Shown here: positions 62,220 to 64,000 of the stretch, piece after piece
Layout of the letters: each line of letters begins with the position of its first letter
Numbering within the stretch: the first letter of the stretch is position 1
Origin: Minisyncoccota bacterium
GTDB taxonomy: Bacteria; Patescibacteriota; Minisyncoccia; Phycocordibacterales; DSPV01
Length of the DNA: 64,000 bases
Direction: 5' to 3'
Assembly: GCA_041662545.1 (NCBI GenBank)
Contig: JBAZSH010000001.1
Span: forward strand, 46,813 to 110,812
Notes under the pieces: generated by a model
What the model was told of the DNA's origin: nothing
Seen by the model: only the letters and a program-made list of their open reading frames with translations
Databases searched by the model: none
Position numbers and translations under genes: made by a program

Positions 62220-63893
62220 ATGAGCGATTCGGTGGAAAAAATTAAGGATCGGCTGGGAATCGCGGAGGTGATCGGTTCCTATCTTAAATTAGAGAAAGCC
62301 GGTAAAAACTTAAAAGCTCGGTGCCCCTTTCACAATGAAAAGACCGCCTCGTTTTTCGTCTCGCCCGACCGCGGCTCTTTCTATTGTTTCGGTTGTGGCG
62401 CCAAGGGCGATATTTTTTCTTTTGTCGAGCAATTTGAAGGTTTGGATTTCAAGGGCACGCTGAAGCTTTTAGCCGAGCGCGCCGGTGTTAAATTGGAATA
62501 CGAAAACCGAGACGAACGCACCGGTCGCGAAAAAATTTTTCAGATTTTGGAAGAAGCCACGCGCTATTTTGAAGATAACTTGAAATTAAATGATGATGCT
62601 AAGAGTTATCTTCAGAAGCGAGGCGTGGCAGAAAAAACTCGCATCGCTTTTCGAATCGGTTACGCGCCAGACGAATGGCGTTCACTTTTAGCTGATTTGA
62701 AAAATAAAAAGTTTGCCGAAAGCGATTTAGAAAAAGCCGGTTTGATTAAAAAAGGCGAGGCGGGTGGCAATTATTACGATCGGTTTCGCGGTCGGATAAT
62801 TTTTCCCATTGCCGATAGCGCCGGCAGGATTGTTGGTTTTTCCGGTCGGATTTTGAAAGGTAAGCCGGATGATGCCAAATATTTAAATAGCCCAGAAACC
62901 GAGCTCTTTGTTAAATCAAGAATTCTTTATGGTTTAGACAAAGCCAAGGCGATGATTCGTCGGCGCGATTTCGTGGTTTTGGTAGAGGGCCAGATGGATT
63001 TGCTAATGTCTCATCAAGCTGGCGTTACTAATACTGTCGCTTCATCTGGTACTGCTTTGACTGATGAACACATAAATTTACTTAAAAGATTTTCCAATCG
63101 TCTGTTACTGGTTTTTGATCCTGACGAAGCTGGTTTTAAAGCCGCGTTGCGCGGCGCGGGTTTGGCACTGACTCGCGGTTTGGAAGTGAAAGTAGCTATT
63201 TTGCCCAAAGGTTTGGACCCAGCTGATATGATTTTAAAAAGTCCTGCCGGTTGGAAAGATACTCTGAAGAACGCAGTTTTTCTGATTGATTTTTTACTTG
63301 CCCGAATTCTAAATAAAGGTTACGATAAACGACAACTTGCCAAGGCGGTGGAAAAAGAAGTTCTGCCTTATATCGCCTCACTCAAGAGCCGTATTGAGCA
63401 ATCACACTATATTTCCGAAATTGCCGATAAGGCAAACATCAAAGAAGAAGCCTTGTGGGAGGAGTTGCGCAAAGCGGTGCCAATTATTTCTGCGGCGACG
63501 AGTAAAGTCACGAAGACTACGGCACGAGACAAATTGACTAAGCTCGAGCTTTTGGAACGGCGTTTATTTGGTTTATTGTTTGCCGAAAAAGACAAAGGAT
63601 TGGAGAGTGAATTGAAAAACATTTTCGGCGCAACAGAGTTTAAAACAGTTTTAAAATTTTGGCAGCCGTTTAAAGAGGAAATTGTTTTTGAAGTTGAGAC
63701 GATTTTAGGCGATGGAGTTTCGGAAAAAGAGATTACCGAATTACTTGCTAATTTGAAAAATGAAAAATTACGAGAAAAATTTTTACAAAAAACTAGAGAA
63801 TTGGCGGAGGCGGAAAAAACCGGCGAAGTTGCTAGAGCCAGAAAATTGATGGAAGAGTGTCAGAAATTATCTAAAGAAATTACCAATAATTAA
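62220..63893 (+). CDS. dnaG: DNA primase
   Basis: CPFHNEKTASF..CFGC zinc finger, DRFRGRIIFP, KYLNSPET, VEGQMD, FDPDEAG, DPAD. Confidence 0.96.
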   Translation: MSDSVEKIKDRLGIAEVIGSYLKLEKAGKNLKARCPFHNEKTASFFVSPDRGSFYCFGCGAKGDIFSFVEQFEGLDFKGTLKLLAERAGVKLEYENRDERTGREKIFQILEEATRYFEDNLKLNDDAKSYLQKRGVAEKTRIAFRIGYAPDEWRSLLADLKNKKFAESDLEKAGLIKKGEAGGNYYDRFRGRIIFPIADSAGRIVGFSGRILKGKPDDAKYLNSPETELFVKSRILYGLDKAKAMIRRRDFVVLVEGQMDLLMSHQAGVTNTVASSGTALTDEHINLLKRFSNRLLLVFDPDEAGFKAALRGAGLALTRGLEVKVAILPKGLDPADMILKSPAGWKDTLKNAVFLIDFLLARILNKGYDKRQLAKAVEKEVLPYIASLKSRIEQSHYISEIADKANIKEEALWEELRKAVPIISAATSKVTKTTARDKLTKLELLERRLFGLLFAEKDKGLESELKNIFGATEFKTVLKFWQPFKEEIVFEVETILGDGVSEKEITELLANLKNEKLREKFLQKTRELAEAEKTGEVARARKLMEECQKLSKEITNN

Positions 63894-63899
63894 TGTTTA

Positions 63900-64000
63900 A
63901 TGATTAAAAAACATACGAAAAGCAAAAAAGCCAAGAAAGTTATCAAAAACAAACACGCGAAGTCAAAAGCGAAGAAAGCTAAATGGGAAATATCCGCCCA
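63900..64000 (+). CDS. Partial ORF, Lys-rich N-terminus; possibly primary sigma factor RpoD from position after dnaG
   Basis: MIKKHTKSKKAKKVIKNKHAKSKAKK..., runs off the window; identity inferred from gene order only. Confidence 0.4.
   Translation, partial: MIKKHTKSKKAKKVIKNKHAKSKAKKAKWEISA

Overview
Gene-dense chromosomal window whose content and style point to a Patescibacteria/CPR (Parcubacteria-like) bacterium using the standard bacterial code (taxonomy is inference). Housekeeping blocks: prfB, ftsE, comF, a type IV pilus cluster (pilM-N-O-P-like, pilB, receiver protein, pilT, pilC, two pilins), a complete F0F1 ATP synthase operon, folD, secE-nusG-rplK (no rplA), efp, recA, ftsK, a 1213-aa surface protein, rplJ-rplL with an L10 leader, aspS, rpoB-rpoC, dnaG. 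Accessory parts: a GH130 phosphorylase plus HAD phosphomannomutase-like cluster, a secreted lipase with a small membrane partner, and a ~6.4 kb defence island (Phd/RelE toxin-antitoxin pair, PD-(D/E)XK nuclease, EcoRI-family methyltransferase, Bro-N, DUF262-HNH) bounded by a diverged duplication of the 3' end of the membrane gene. The most striking signal is a family of short GC-rich palindromes (CCGCC...GGCGG type) found between genes and also in frame inside conserved proteins (AspS, RecA, AtpD, L7/L12, ComF, a Gmad2-like protein). Also notable: an AGGACA repeat cluster around an HTH gene next to ftsK, many genes with a -10 box exactly 6 nt before the start codon, and dispersed intergenic DnaA boxes. 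All family calls come from motif recognition by eye; no database search was run.
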